A stretch of 64,000 bases of DNA. It comes from Dudresnaya verticillata (lineage: Eukaryota). Where the stretch lies: the NCBI GenBank assembly GCA_977862235.1, contig OZ374564.1:1426001-1490000 (forward strand), read 5' to 3'. The position numbers and the translations under genes are program-made. Position 1 is the first letter of the stretch. Every line of letters begins with the position of its first letter. This document shows, piece after piece, positions 1-11,214 of the stretch. The notes below the pieces were generated by a model that did not search any database, was not told the DNA's origin, and saw only the letters and a program-made list of their open reading frames with translations.

Positions 1-1708
1 CCTCCCACTTCATCTGATATGTTCGTATCCTGCATTTGGAAAGCGGGTCCTTCTCCTCCACATCAGAACCGGTATCCAGTCCCTTCGACTTGCGTGTTGA
101 AGAAACAGAACGACTACCCGGTCCAATACACTCGTTCGGGATGTCATTGTTACCAGCTAATGCGCCTGTGTCGTTGTCGTCTGTAGGATCCAGGACCGAT
201 TGCGTATTCTGCCTCTGCGTGTCAGTTACAGTATCCTTAACGGCTTCCGACTGCTTTTGGCCACCAAGGGCCCCCTTAGAGTCTTTTTCTTTCCCCCCTT
301 GAGGTTTTCCATCAACTTCAGAGCTCGTCTTATCAATCTCAGAAGCTGAAACTATTGGCTTCTCAGTTTCTCCTATGTCTGGAGATGTATCTTTCCCAGA
401 ATCAGTTTCTGCTTGGAACTGGTGCTTGAATTTCTTTTCCTTACCTGGAGCTTGTTGCGGGCATTCCCTTCGATAAGCGGCTATCAAGGGTTTGAGCACA
501 TCGTGGTCATTTCCGAAGTTTGCACGCACCTCGTGGTCCAGCTTCGTTGAGTGAAGGAGGTTCTGGCGAATGACGTTCATACCTTCAGGCCAACTCTGGC
601 TCTCGATAAGGCGTTCGAATTTCCGTGCTTCCTTCATTGCTGCTTTCGCCCTTCCAAATTGTTCCAGAGTCTGAAAGCTGGTGACTGACCGGAAACTCTG
701 AAGTCGATGTACTTCGCGTAGTCGGTACGAAGTTGAAATCTGTATTTCTACGCCATCCTCCAGTTTGTTCCCATTCATGAAGGCGATTGCAGACTTCAGT
801 GATGAAATGTGGATGAACTTTCTGTAGACTCGGCAGTCAACCTTCCTCATTGCTCCGTCCTTGTCGAGTGTTGTCCCTTCCTTGTCTCCCGTCATCTTTG
901 CAGCTAGATCCGGTCTCTCGTCATTTGTAATTTGTCCAATTGCGTGAATTACTCTCGTATCCAACCGCATAACTGTCTGAGCAGTCTGTTTAATGGTGTT
1001 GTTCCGATATAACTTCGAACCGTCATACGCCTCCACAATTTTTGGGGCATTTGGTCGTTTCCCAGTCTTGGCCTGCAACCTCTCCGCCTCCTCCCGCAGA
1101 CCGCGGACCAGGTCAAAAAATGTAGTCTCGATAAAGTATCCCTGGTCGTGTTTCTCATTCTGATGTCGTGCCAGCTGCCGGAGCTCATGGACGTTTTGCC
1201 CACTCTTCAAAATCGTTACAGGCCATGCGAAAGACTGCCAGACTGTTGGGAACTCCTCCATTAACTCCAAAATAACGCAATGTCTATGCAAGCCGTCAAC
1301 AATGCCGTACCATTTGGAGCGATTGTTTGCCTTCTCCAAAGCCTCCTCCTCCGTGTACTCCTTCCCTTCCTCTTTCATATTCTTGAAATACGCAACGACG
1401 TGACCCCGCAGAGACCCTGTCATTTCGATGACAATTGGAGAGTCAGACCCGGCAACGTACCCAATAGTCCCTTCACCGCCTTTCTTCTCTGATGAGTGCA
1501 GATGAACGCGAGCTTTGAGGCGTTCCACTCCGGAGCGCACCACGGGTCTTATTGCTGTTAGCGGGAAGCACGCCCTGGGGTCAATTCTCATATTCACGGA
1601 ACCCTCCATAACGTCAGAAAACAATGCCCTCCTCATGCTTGCAGAAGAGCAATTTTGGTCCGCTTCAGATTGTGTAACAGCACCCTTTCCTGAACGTTTC
1701 TTGCCCAT
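1..1708 (-). CDS. ParB/Srx-like N-terminal domain protein; the first 569 codons of a longer ORF running off the window
   Basis: Manual translation from ATG 1708 (MGKKRSGKG...) is open to base 1. It contains WYGIVDGLHRHCVILEL (~1309-1259), a helical region, a D/E/S/T/K-rich linker and then LSKCRIRTYQMKWE. The ORF track misses it because there is no stop codon in the window. Confidence 0.8.
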   Translation of the reverse strand, partial: MGKKRSGKGAVTQSEADQNCSSASMRRALFSDVMEGSVNMRIDPRACFPLTAIRPVVRSGVERLKARVHLHSSEKKGGEGTIGYVAGSDSPIVIEMTGSLRGHVVAYFKNMKEEGKEYTEEEALEKANNRSKWYGIVDGLHRHCVILELMEEFPTVWQSFAWPVTILKSGQNVHELRQLARHQNEKHDQGYFIETTFFDLVRGLREEAERLQAKTGKRPNAPKIVEAYDGSKLYRNNTIKQTAQTVMRLDTRVIHAIGQITNDERPDLAAKMTGDKEGTTLDKDGAMRKVDCRVYRKFIHISSLKSAIAFMNGNKLEDGVEIQISTSYRLREVHRLQSFRSVTSFQTLEQFGRAKAAMKEARKFERLIESQSWPEGMNVIRQNLLHSTKLDHEVRANFGNDHDVLKPLIAAYRRECPQQAPGKEKKFKHQFQAETDSGKDTSPDIGETEKPIVSASEIDKTSSEVDGKPQGGKEKDSKGALGGQKQSEAVKDTVTDTQRQNTQSVLDPTDDNDTGALAGNNDIPNECIGPGSRSVSSTRKSKGLDTGSDVEEKDPLSKCRIRTYQMKWE

Positions 1709-1758
1709 CCAGCCAAAAATGTAATTCAGCACTTTTGAACAAACGGTCGCCGTACGTC

Positions 1759-1795
1759 TTTCCAACTGGTTGCCGAAGTTGTTTCCAACTGGTTG
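1759..1795. promoter_or_regulatory. Two 14-bp direct repeats TTTCCAACTGGTTG (1759-1772, 1782-1795), each with a CAAC-nn-GTTG dyad
   Basis: Seen directly, 50-90 bp upstream of the ParB-like ATG. Function is inferred. Confidence 0.4.
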
Positions 1796-3199
1796 TGTTA
1801 AGCTGATGAGCACGGGATAAGCGTTGCGGTTTCCACGAAGAGCACTTCGTGTTTACAACAATATGTCCGTAGTCAGGTCAGTGGTCACTGCATTGAAAGA
1901 CAATATATATCATGCCGGTTTCCAGCTTTAACCTGGAAACGAAGTTTGTCCGCATGACTAACAGCCTCACGTACGGTTTTAACTTTGCCGGAAAGATAGT
2001 TTGAGCCCTGTACCACTGGTGGTGCCCTGATACATTCCGCGAGATTACATGAAGCTACAAATCACTGCAGGGTTCTATTGGTCGTCGGTAAATATATCGA
2101 CGTATTGTGCCGTAGGGGTGTTCGCCCTAAGTTCGTACTTTCTCAGAAAATCTTTGGAATTCAGTTCTAACCATCCAACCGTACAGTGATTCCGATTCAC
2201 AGCTGCCCTACTAGGGTATCTAAACGATGCTCAAGGCGGGTAAGAAATGGGCATACGAAATAGTTCCACAACGTGGAGGGGAAATTGGAAGTTCGTGTGC
2301 CTGCGTAGGCACACTCCCTTGGACTGGGGGTGATGTGGACGATTCGCAAACGTACAGTCATTCCGATTGTACCAACATGAAGGTGTTCCTCAGAAACGAT
2401 AGGAATAACCTCGGATTTTCGAATCGGCAAGAGGTTACTGTCCGCCCACACAGAGTCGTTTAACATTGACATTTCCTGAAACCTGCGCCTCCACCCTGCA
2501 GATATGGTCATCATAAGACCACTGCAGCACCGAAACAAACTGATGATCACAATCTGCCATCGGATGCCACGACAAACGTAAGTATGCGTGTTACCCAATG
2601 ATGCAAGTAATATCAAGGTCAGGGAAATGATTAATACCATACGTGAGACCATAATACAGCCTGTACCAGTGTGTCCAAGTGATCCCAGTAAATACGTTCC
2701 AGAATTGTGCACAGGTCAGCATGCCCTCGTTCTAGCAATACAGAAAAGGCCTATTCTGCGGAGGTTTACACAGTCTGATCTGCGGTTCCACCTAATATCT
2801 GGGCGGTGTATGTGAACTATCCAGCAAGTTGAGGCTGCATTTTTGCAGGGTCCTCATACTGCTGCCGGTATAAGTGCTTCGGTACAGTACGGTCATTCTG
2901 ATTACCGGAATTTGAACGTGTCCAATCGAAGATGTATCCCTATTTGTATGCAGAGAATGCCTAAGCCTCGTACACAGCCAAAACCATTAGCTACAAGTGT
3001 TACTTTCAGTTTAAAAGCGCGCAATCGTTGCATTTCACAGACCTCCTCGACGGTACTGAGGAACAGAAATACGGCTGTACACACAGAGAAGAGGATTTCT
3101 TGCCGAAGTGTAGTCATTCCTATTACTATCGACATTCTCATTGACCTCCCGGTGTTGCCGGACGACATACAGTCAGGTTTCTGCGCATTTCATGGCCTC

Positions 3200-3760
3200 A
3201 TGCGCTGTGAATTGAGGCGCCGATTGGCAGAGCAGCAGCGCCGCCTTAACGGTGACTCTTTGCAATTTTCGGAGCGCATAATGCGATCCTTGGAGGTGAA
3301 GGATGAAGAAAGAGTCATGGAACAGAACCGTGCTCGGGAGTTTGAGGTCGTTATGGGTCAATACGATCATGACCAGAACATGCTCACAGTGGTATACCGT
3401 GGGGGAATGAAGAAGCTTGATTAGGTATCGGGGGATGCTTTCTCCGGATCCGAAGCTCATGAAATCGATGCCGTCTTGGTCGAGGCTATTCGCCTGGCAA
3501 GCGAGCCAGTACGGGAGATGGAGCGAATGTGCCGCCTTCTCCTGACTTGGCATTTTGCCAAAACTAACGCAGAAGGGACTGTGGAGGTAAAGGAGGCAAG
3601 GGTGGCCCGTGCGGAGCATGAAGTGCGCGTCATGTATAAGAAAGCTTCGTCGTGCAAGTACTTGGAGACGCGCGTCGGTCTTGGCTACGTGTGCTTATGG
3701 CCGTACCTTTCGTCGTCGGTAATGTTAGAAACGAAAAGACGTCGACGGTTGTATTCTTGA
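3200..3760 (+). pseudogene. Coiled-coil-like accessory ORF with one in-frame TAG (3422-3424)
   Basis: ORFs 2843..3424 and 3476..3760 are in the same frame; E/R/M-rich helical composition. Confidence 0.35.
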
Positions 3761-4650
3761 CGAGCGACGTAATACGAATTACGCTCCTGGCGGCTTTTGA
3801 ATTTGCCATGTCCCCGCGAGAGTACTTCCAGCACAATAGCTGTGTCGGGATTTGACATCAGCTTCTTTTCCTCTCTCTGCTGAATATCAACTAGGAAGGC
3901 CTTGAAACCTCCAACTCGTTCCGTTTGTCCGTAGTTCTTTGCATTTGCCTGTCCATGAACGCGTTCCATAAAGGTAGGAAAAACAGAACGGTCGAATAGT
4001 CTGATCCCCAGTGCCTCAAGGCCGGTGAACCGTTTGCCTTCGGAGATGCAGTTGTCAATTAATGCGAGTAAGTTGGACTCACCAATGCGGCGGACCATAT
4101 CTTTGCCAGTTTCCTCTGGTCTGCGCAGGGCATTGAAATCCAGACACGACAGATCGTGGCTCTTCCCAAGCAGTTCATCACTGACTTCTCGTGCAGGCTC
4201 CCTAGGTACGAAGTCAGACATCTTCCCCTTACGTACGAGGATGTGCGTTTGGACTCCCACAGGGGGTAGTACATCAGCGGGGGATTTCTGCATCAGGACC
4301 TTGGATCGCTATTGTTCCTCTGGGCTATATACCGTGTACTTTTTGTACCTAAATACAAGATTGGATTCATCATGCCTGCCACGTCGAATGTTCAGACAGG
4401 CGAAGTTTAACCCACTATCCTCTCGAAACCGGGACCAGCAAATTGATTCCTTCTTCGCCACGTATTCGGGGCAGTTAATGCTGCACATGTTGATATCGAC
4501 GCTTGTTTCAATACATGTGCGAGCCCGAGCCCTGTATTGTGGAAGGGGAGTATGCGCCGGCAAAATAGAGTTATCAATAGTGGTATCAGAACGACCTTTC
4601 TGGGTTCTCGTCTTCATTTCAGCAACCTCGGCTGATGGTATCCCTCCCAA
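3685..4650 (-). pseudogene. Unknown accessory ORF with one in-frame TAG (4309-4311)
   Basis: ORFs 4309..4650 and 3685..4293 are in one frame, about 320 codons in total, with globular-looking composition. Confidence 0.4.
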
Positions 4651-5965
4651 CTGTATTCAGACCCGTTCAGGCATTACGAAACGAGCTGGGCACAATTATG
4701 CTTTAAGACCCACACTGAGACGCATGGCACAGGCAGTAAACAACCGAGGTGCATTGGCAATTGCCGCATGTATTATATCCCTTTCATGAAGAGGCTATAT
4801 ACGCCTTGCAGGCAGCACCATACCGGGACCAGGAACCCGCAATGGCAGCTGACGAGTCAATGTGAAGTGGGTCAACAAATGTCGCCAACAGCGGAAACAT
4901 GTCCCTTTCATGAGAACGTCCTGCTCATTTAACACCGTAGATTGTCAGTGCTTCAGTTATTGAGTACACTGAATGTATATTAACCCTGACGCGTCTGGGG
5001 AGCAGGGTCGTGGGAGTTTGGACGCTATTCTCAATCGCAATGGTGGTGGACTGGAAGCGATCCCCCTGAAGGTTGAATGAGCTTACCAAACGCCGCATTT
5101 GTTTTCCCCAATGGAGCTTGCGAAGTTGCATCAATGGATGGGGCTACGGACATGGTTGGAACGGGGAACCTTTGGGGTGTCGACAACGCAATCGGTCGCG
5201 CGCGTGGTTAACCGGGAAACAGCTGCAGGCTTATACATTTTATTATCATTACTTAACGAACTACGTAGTGTTGGGTGCGTGTCATGGAATGGCCATACTT
5301 GTGTCTGCGAGTTGTCATGACATCGGCATGTGGCGTCCCATCGTAGAGAAATACGGGCGGGCGGGTCGTGCAGCGCGGTCGGGGAGCGACGGGCAGGGCG
5401 CGCTGACGAGGTGACGGCAGCGGGATCCACGGTGTGCACGCGGGTGGGCAACCGCGACAGAAGGTTTTGTCCAAGGAGTTGTGCGTCGCGGGGCGGGGCG
5501 GGGGGGCGGGTGACGAGGCAGTCTGTATGCGGTCGCGTGCGGATTTGTGCACAGACGCGCACAGCACAGTGCACCCGTTGCACCAGAAAGCCGAAAACTG
5601 GTGACGGGGTAGTCTGCAGGCGGCGCCGAGCACGCGCGGGGCGGGCCAGATGGGCGATGCGGCGCGCATGCAGCGCGCGCGGCGAGGGGCATGCTGCGGG
5701 CCGGCAATTTCCAATTTGGCCCAGTGCGGACCGCGGAGTGGGCCGCCCGGGCCAAATCGACGCAAGGAAATTGAAATTGAGAATACCTGGAAATATTTTG
5801 GGTAAATTCACGCAAACCGCCATAACTTTCGAAGGAATGGTCCGTTAGCCAATCGGATTTGACCACCGTACTCAGCGGACGCTCCCCTTTCCAACGATAC
5901 CAGAAAATAGCTATTCAACTCCAGTCTGTTTAGAAAGTCGTATTCTGAAATCGCTCAAATGCGTG

Positions 5966-8340
5966 TTAGGGGCGATATGAGCTTCGCTCTGAGCGTCTCA
6001 TATGCCTCGAGCGCGTCGGCGCTTGGATTGTCGAAATCCACATCCGCGTCTTTGCGGGTCATGTTCGTCAGAAGACGTGAGATCTTCGCAAAGTTGCGCA
6101 AGAAGCGGCGATAGACATAGCACGCTCCGAGGAACGACCTCACCTTCGTCAGGGAGGTCGGGAACTGCGCATCGCGGAAAGCGTCGCTGCTTGTCTGCGC
6201 CATGCGTAGCTTCCCCAGTTCGATGATGTGGCCTAGATAGCCAACGAGTGACTGAAAGAAGTGGCACTTCTTCAGTTTCAGGGATACTCCTCCCTTGTGC
6301 AACAGAGTCAGCACTTGGTATAGATGACCAACGTGCTCCGCGATCGACCGCTAGAAAATGATAACATCGTCTAGATATATCAGGAAACACTACCATCGGA
6401 CGCCGCTGAGGATGATGTCCAGTGCGCGCTGGAAAGTCGCGGGGGCGTTCTTCAGCCCGAAAGGCATTCGCAAGTAGCGAAACGTCCCTAAGAATGACGT
6501 GAATGTGTTGTTATCCCTGTCAGCCTCTGCGACAGGGATTTGCCAGTACCCCGTGTTGCAGTCCAACGTCGAGAAGACGGCTGCGTCGCCTAGACTGTCG
6601 ATGCAGTCGTCCATCCTCGGTAGAGGGTACGCATCACTTAGCGTTTTCGTGTTGAGACGTCGATAGTCCACGCAAAACCTAAGTATGCCGTCCTTCTTGG
6701 GCACCAGGACTACTGGACTACTGGTGATGCCCATTCCGAGGTGGCGGGCACGAAGCATGTTATCCACCTCGTCTTGCACCAGCTTGCGCATGGCAGGGCC
6801 CTGTCGGTAGGGCATTAACCGTATGGGGCGAGTGCCCCGTTCCACATCGATGTGGTGTCGGGTGACGGCAATAGTGCCCAGCCTCCCGTCCCACATGGAC
6901 TGATGCTTCCTGAGCATGGAGAGGACCTCCTTGCGGGTGACCTCGTCTTCGGTAGACGAGAGATCGACCTGCGCCTCCCAATCCTTGACGGACGGGTTGG
7001 CCTTCGCTGCGGCGGTAGCTGTGCCCTGCAGCGGCTGGGCGTCGGTGCCCTTCGCTGTCGACGGCGAGGTGGATGGTTCGACGGCATCCTGGTTGACCGG
7101 GGGCCTCTGCCACCGTGGTGGCAGGGTGGTGATATTCATCACCCGCCCGAACTCCTCCGCGACTTTGCGATCTGGAGGTATCAGCGCAACCGGGTTCCTA
7201 ACCGCGTAGCCGACAATGGTACTCTTAGGCAGGGTCCGAGGCTTGTTGGTGAAGTTCCCGACGATGACCCCGAAAGGCCGCATCGACTCGACGTCGTGCA
7301 CCCCGTTGGTAAGTCTCACGCCGTAGCGGAACTGCAACGAGGGTTTGGGTTGGGTGTGGATCAGCCCACTTGCTCCTGACGTCACGGAGACGAGCCTTTG
7401 GGAATAGGCTGGGAGCACCATCTGCCTAGAGAGGCGGATGGTGTGGGTGTCGTGATCCCAGTCGAGGAGCTCCCTCTGGTGCCTAAACCCGTCGACGGGT
7501 TCTTCGGTTTCGATGCCGGCTTACTTTCCTCGGCAGGTCTACTGCGCTTGAGGAGGGGCACTGAGCCCCCGCGCCGGAGCGATAGGCGTTTAGATTCGAC
7601 TTCGATGCCTCGCACGTGCGCGTTGAGGAACTCCGTTCCCACCAGGACGTCGACGGCCAAGGTGTCTGCCACTATGAATGGCACGCGGAACATCGTGTCG
7701 TCCAACCTCATCGAGAGGTGTGCCACCCCTGATAGGCTCAGTGGGGTCTTATCAGCCCCGGCGAGGCGAGGATTCGACTCCATCGCCGCCGCGTGCTAAT
7801 CCCATCCGGGTGGCAGTGCCCGCTTCGCGATGAGGATGTACCCGGAGCCGGTGTCTACCGCAATGGTGTGCGGTATCATTACCCCTGGGTCAGCGCCTAG
7901 CGACCAAGACACGCGGTATATCTCCGAGGACAATAGTCACACATACCCGTCTGGGGTAGTGGCCGGCTCCGCGTCGACGCAGTGATCCATGGCACCTTCG
8001 CGTCGAGCAGAGGGAGCCTCAGGTTCCGTCGACGGACACCAACGCGCTCGGCGTCCTATCTGTCGCCTGCGTCGACGCCGCGGGGGCCAAGGTGGCCTGG
8101 AGCGCGTGGCTTTCGACGGCTCTTCGCGCAGGGGGCCCTCAGCGCTGCTTGGCGAGGGGGTCCTTCGTTGGTTGGGACTCGACGTCCCACCTGCCGTCGA
8201 CGGCTTTGTGGAGGATGGTGGGTCTGGGGTAGAGAGAGACGGTGCGCGCGACCGCACGAACGGCGCCGCCTTTACTCTTTTCCGGTTCGATCCGGTCAAA
8301 AGTATTTTCAGAATCCGAGCTATCTTCCTCGGATCCCATT
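5966..8340 (-). pseudogene. pol: Gypsy pol fragment (protease, RT) with stops and frameshifts
   Basis: Near-identical by eye to 23240-25630 of element C; stops at 6390 and ~7797, plus small indels. Confidence 0.9.
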
Positions 8341-8393
8341 GGCTGGCTAGATGCCTGGCCTGCGCCTCGCGTCGATCACGGCGGCGTGTCAAA

Positions 8394-9589
8394 AATAAAC
8401 GGCGAGGCCGCGCGGCACTGCCGTGAGCTGGGAAATCGTCGTCTTCAGGCGAATAGTCGGATGACCCTCCGTCACTTGACGAGTCCAACGATAACGAGGA
8501 CGAGTCTCCACGTCGATGATGGTTCTTCTTTCGTCCATGATGCAGCTTACGAAGGCGTCTCTTCCGATCCTTACGCCGTGGACGGTCTTCGCAAGAGCTC
8601 TCGTCACCAGACGGTGGGTGGGTATGCCACTTGGCGGTTTCAAGGAGCTTCAAGCGTGTCGCCAGTCGCTGAAAGCGTCCGCGAGAACTAAGTTCAGACC
8701 GCGAGTGTACCGTTACCGCTGTACCTTAGGCGGCGTTTTGGTTCGTCAATAGACAGTTGAGATCGGAGCGGAGTCCTTGTAGGGCGCCGTCCCGGTCTTC
8801 CTCCAACGTCTTGAGACGACTAAAAATTCTTCCGACACTGTCGTCCAGAATGTCGGCAAACCCAGCGAGCAAGGCATCGTCTTCCAGGACGCACACCTCT
8901 CGGATCCGTTCGCGTGGTATCGTTAAGTTACTCACGCGGACGGCCGAGGGTGACGCCGTTGGCGGTTGTTGGCTTTCGGGGGTTGACCGCTTGGGCGTTC
9001 CCCCAGCGCTTCTGCTTGGAGAATTCGGCTTAGCCGGTAAACATCCGGCACTATCGTAGGGGGTGGGGCAACATGCCCCAGGTGTCAATCGGTCGTCACC
9101 GGCGTTGCGCTCCGCGGAGCGCCCCTGTTCGTCATTGACGGGGATGGTTGGTTGTTTGTCCGGAAGTTCCGGTTGTTCCTCTACGATGTCGGCTTGTCTT
9201 CCGCCTACGGCGCGCTGTTGCTCGGCTTGCACTGTGTCAGCCGAGTCAACGTACGAGCGGGAGGTGCAGAGGTTCGATCCTTCGGGTACTAAGGTGCGGA
9301 CGACAACAGGGATCCGCATCGGCGGAGGAGGTAACTCTCCCTCGTTGTGCGAGGCGTGGGAGCCTGCGTGACCGTGGCCTTAGAGAGGCGTCGGAAAGCC
9401 GGACGCGATCTCCGGGCTCGCGAGGCGCCCCGACCGTGTTTCATCCGTGGGTGCGATCGCATCGACGCGGGAATACTCCCTGGCATCGATGACGGTCGTC
9501 TTAAACTTGGGCTTCTCACCGTCGGTGGTTTAGAGGCCGTAATACAATCGTAGATCTGTTTGAACATCGCGGACGATTAGCGACGACAT
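8394..9589 (-). pseudogene. Degenerate gag N-terminal region of element A
   Basis: Begins ~65 bp after the PBS (ATG 9589). Pro/Ser-rich, then a coiled coil (LLAGFADILDDSVGRIFSRLKTLEEDR); in-frame stops; no capsid core seen. Confidence 0.55.
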
Positions 9590-9653
9590 CAGACGACGGG
9601 CTGTCGGACGTCGCACGACGGTAGAACTCGTTGTAGCGTAGAACCCTTCTCGA

Positions 9654-9664
9654 TCGGGAGACCA
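9654..9664 (-). other. Primer-binding site TGGTCTCCCGA (probably tRNA-Tyr)
   Basis: 2 nt after the LTR end; same 11-mer as the PBS of element C. Confidence 0.75.
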
Positions 9665-9666
9665 GA

Positions 9667-10562
9667 TGTGGCGGAAACCGTCTAGAGACGAGTAGTATCT
9701 CCGGATAGTTCGATCCCGGTCGGTAGCACGGTGGTAGCGAGGGTGTGGTAGAGCGTGGGAAACGCGCCGAGGGCGGACTGTAAACGCCCTGGGCGGTAAA
9801 GGTAGAAACAAAGCAACAAAGAAAAAGGGAAAAAGAGAGAGAGATGCGTCTGGAACGTAGTTTGCCGCGGAAGCGCCGGCGGAGCTGTGCAGTTGCCTTC
9901 GTTGGTAACGAGAAGTACCCACTAGCGAAGGGGCTTCAGGCCCAGGCCGGCTTGCCGGGATTTATGCAACGTCCCAGACGGGTTACCTAATATACTATCG
10001 CTACGATGCGGGCGGCGGCGGCGAAGCGTGGCGCGCGGGAACGCGGGACGCGTGTCACACCACCGCCCGTCTGACACGTCTTTGTAGTCATGCAGCCGCG
10101 TACCCGCGGGTAAGGAGTAGCTTACAGGCGTGGGCATGCATAACGAGTAGCTTGCAGGCGCGCGCGTACCGGTAGAGGTGATCCGGATCCGGATCCCGAT
10201 CCCTGCCAGTATTGCTGGCGCGTGGTCATTGCAGGTGCACGCCTTACATTGTAACGGATCCAGATGGGTAATCCCGATGTCCGATCCAGATCCGTGGAGA
10301 CAAGATCCAATCCGAATCTGGGCCATACTTAAAGATGCGCGCCTTACACCTCCTGGATCCCGATGGGTGATCCGGATACGTGCCGCGCCGGGCGTACAGT
10401 GCTTGAGCCGCGATGTTCGTGCACGATTGGGGCGTCTGTACGTCGTTGGGCCGACCGTCTGTGACGTGCTCGCGCGCTCCAACCGCGGTTGGTACTGCCC
10501 GTCGGTCGACGGCTTATTACACGCTCAGAACGAAAAATGGGCTCATCACCCCTTGCACCACA
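9667..10562 (-). repeat. 5' LTR of element A (896 bp)
   Basis: TGTGG..CCACA ends; homologous (reverse complement) to 36081-36837, which fixes both boundaries. Confidence 0.85.
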
Positions 10563-11050
10563 CCGAACGCAAGGTGTAAGGGCGTAGTAGGTTGGTTGGA
10601 GGTGCAGTGCGGCCGGCGAAAGGATAAGAAACTGGGACACGGGGGCCGGAATAGTGAGACGGTGCTGCCTTTCTGCTCAGTCGGTTCGCCGAGAGAGGGC
10701 TGCCTTAATTGTCTGGGGTCCCTATGGTACAGGGACACGGGGATAAGCCCCGTTTTATATCGCTACACCCGCGTGGGTGGTGAGCGGCCGACGTCAGACG
10801 CGGAACGACCGCGAGAATTGCATACGCCGATATACGGCGACTTCCATGCGCCCGCACGCGTATGCCGCTCGCGCGAGATCCAACCAATAGGCTGCTCGCC
10901 CTTGGCACAGCAGGCACGCCTCGGTACAGTACGCGCCACCAACACACACGGGATACACGTACAGACGTGTACACGCGTACACGCGTGCCGAATATATCCG
11001 AGGGAGTCCTCGACCGGGTGCGCGCCAGCAATGCGCACCCTTAGTTGACA
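10563..11050 (-). repeat. Partial LTR of another family, interrupted by element A
   Basis: Minus strand starts TGTCAACTAAGGG at 11050; terminal hairpin 11016-11040; TATAAAA box near 10753-10759. Confidence 0.45.
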
Positions 11051-11214
11051 CTGATTTACAGTTTGGTAGTAGTATTTCTACGCTAGATATTTTTGCGGGA
11101 AATTTGAGTTAGCTCGCGGTGCGCACGCATTCCAAGTGTCCGGCGCACAGCGCCAGACACGGCGTGCGCACCTCCCGCAAGGTTACTTAGTATACGGGGT
11201 GAACCCCCCTGACA
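11051..11214 (-). repeat. Possible further LTR-end fragment
   Basis: Minus strand starts TGTCAGGGGGG at 11214; nested inverted repeats 11093-11100/11173-11180 and 11118-11128/11162-11172. Confidence 0.3.

Larger units (their letters stand above)
1..5965. mobile_element. End of a large DNA transposon (CMC/CACTA-Plavaka-like), inserted into the pol gene of Gypsy A; other end outside the window
   Basis: Gypsy pol homology (to 23240 onward) stops abruptly at 5966. The adjoining terminus reads CACGCATTTGAGC on the minus strand, with no TG..CA LTR end. About 200 bp of subterminal non-coding sequence follows, then several ORFs/pseudo-ORFs. No transposase is seen in the window. Confidence 0.5.
5966..10562 (-). 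mobile_element. Ty3/Gypsy element A (5' part: LTR, PBS, degenerate gag, protease-RT), truncated by the DNA transposon
   Basis: LTR TGTGG..CCACA, PBS, AVDTGSG protease and RT motifs ([33 protein letters not shown]). Confidence 0.9.

Noticed and set aside
2197..2815. ORFs on both strands in the DNA-transposon interior
   Set aside because: No recognisable motif or consistent frame; coding strand could not be decided.
9667..11050. A single 1.4-kb LTR for element A
   Set aside because: Homology with 36081-36837 and the TGTGG..CCACA termini put the end at 10562.
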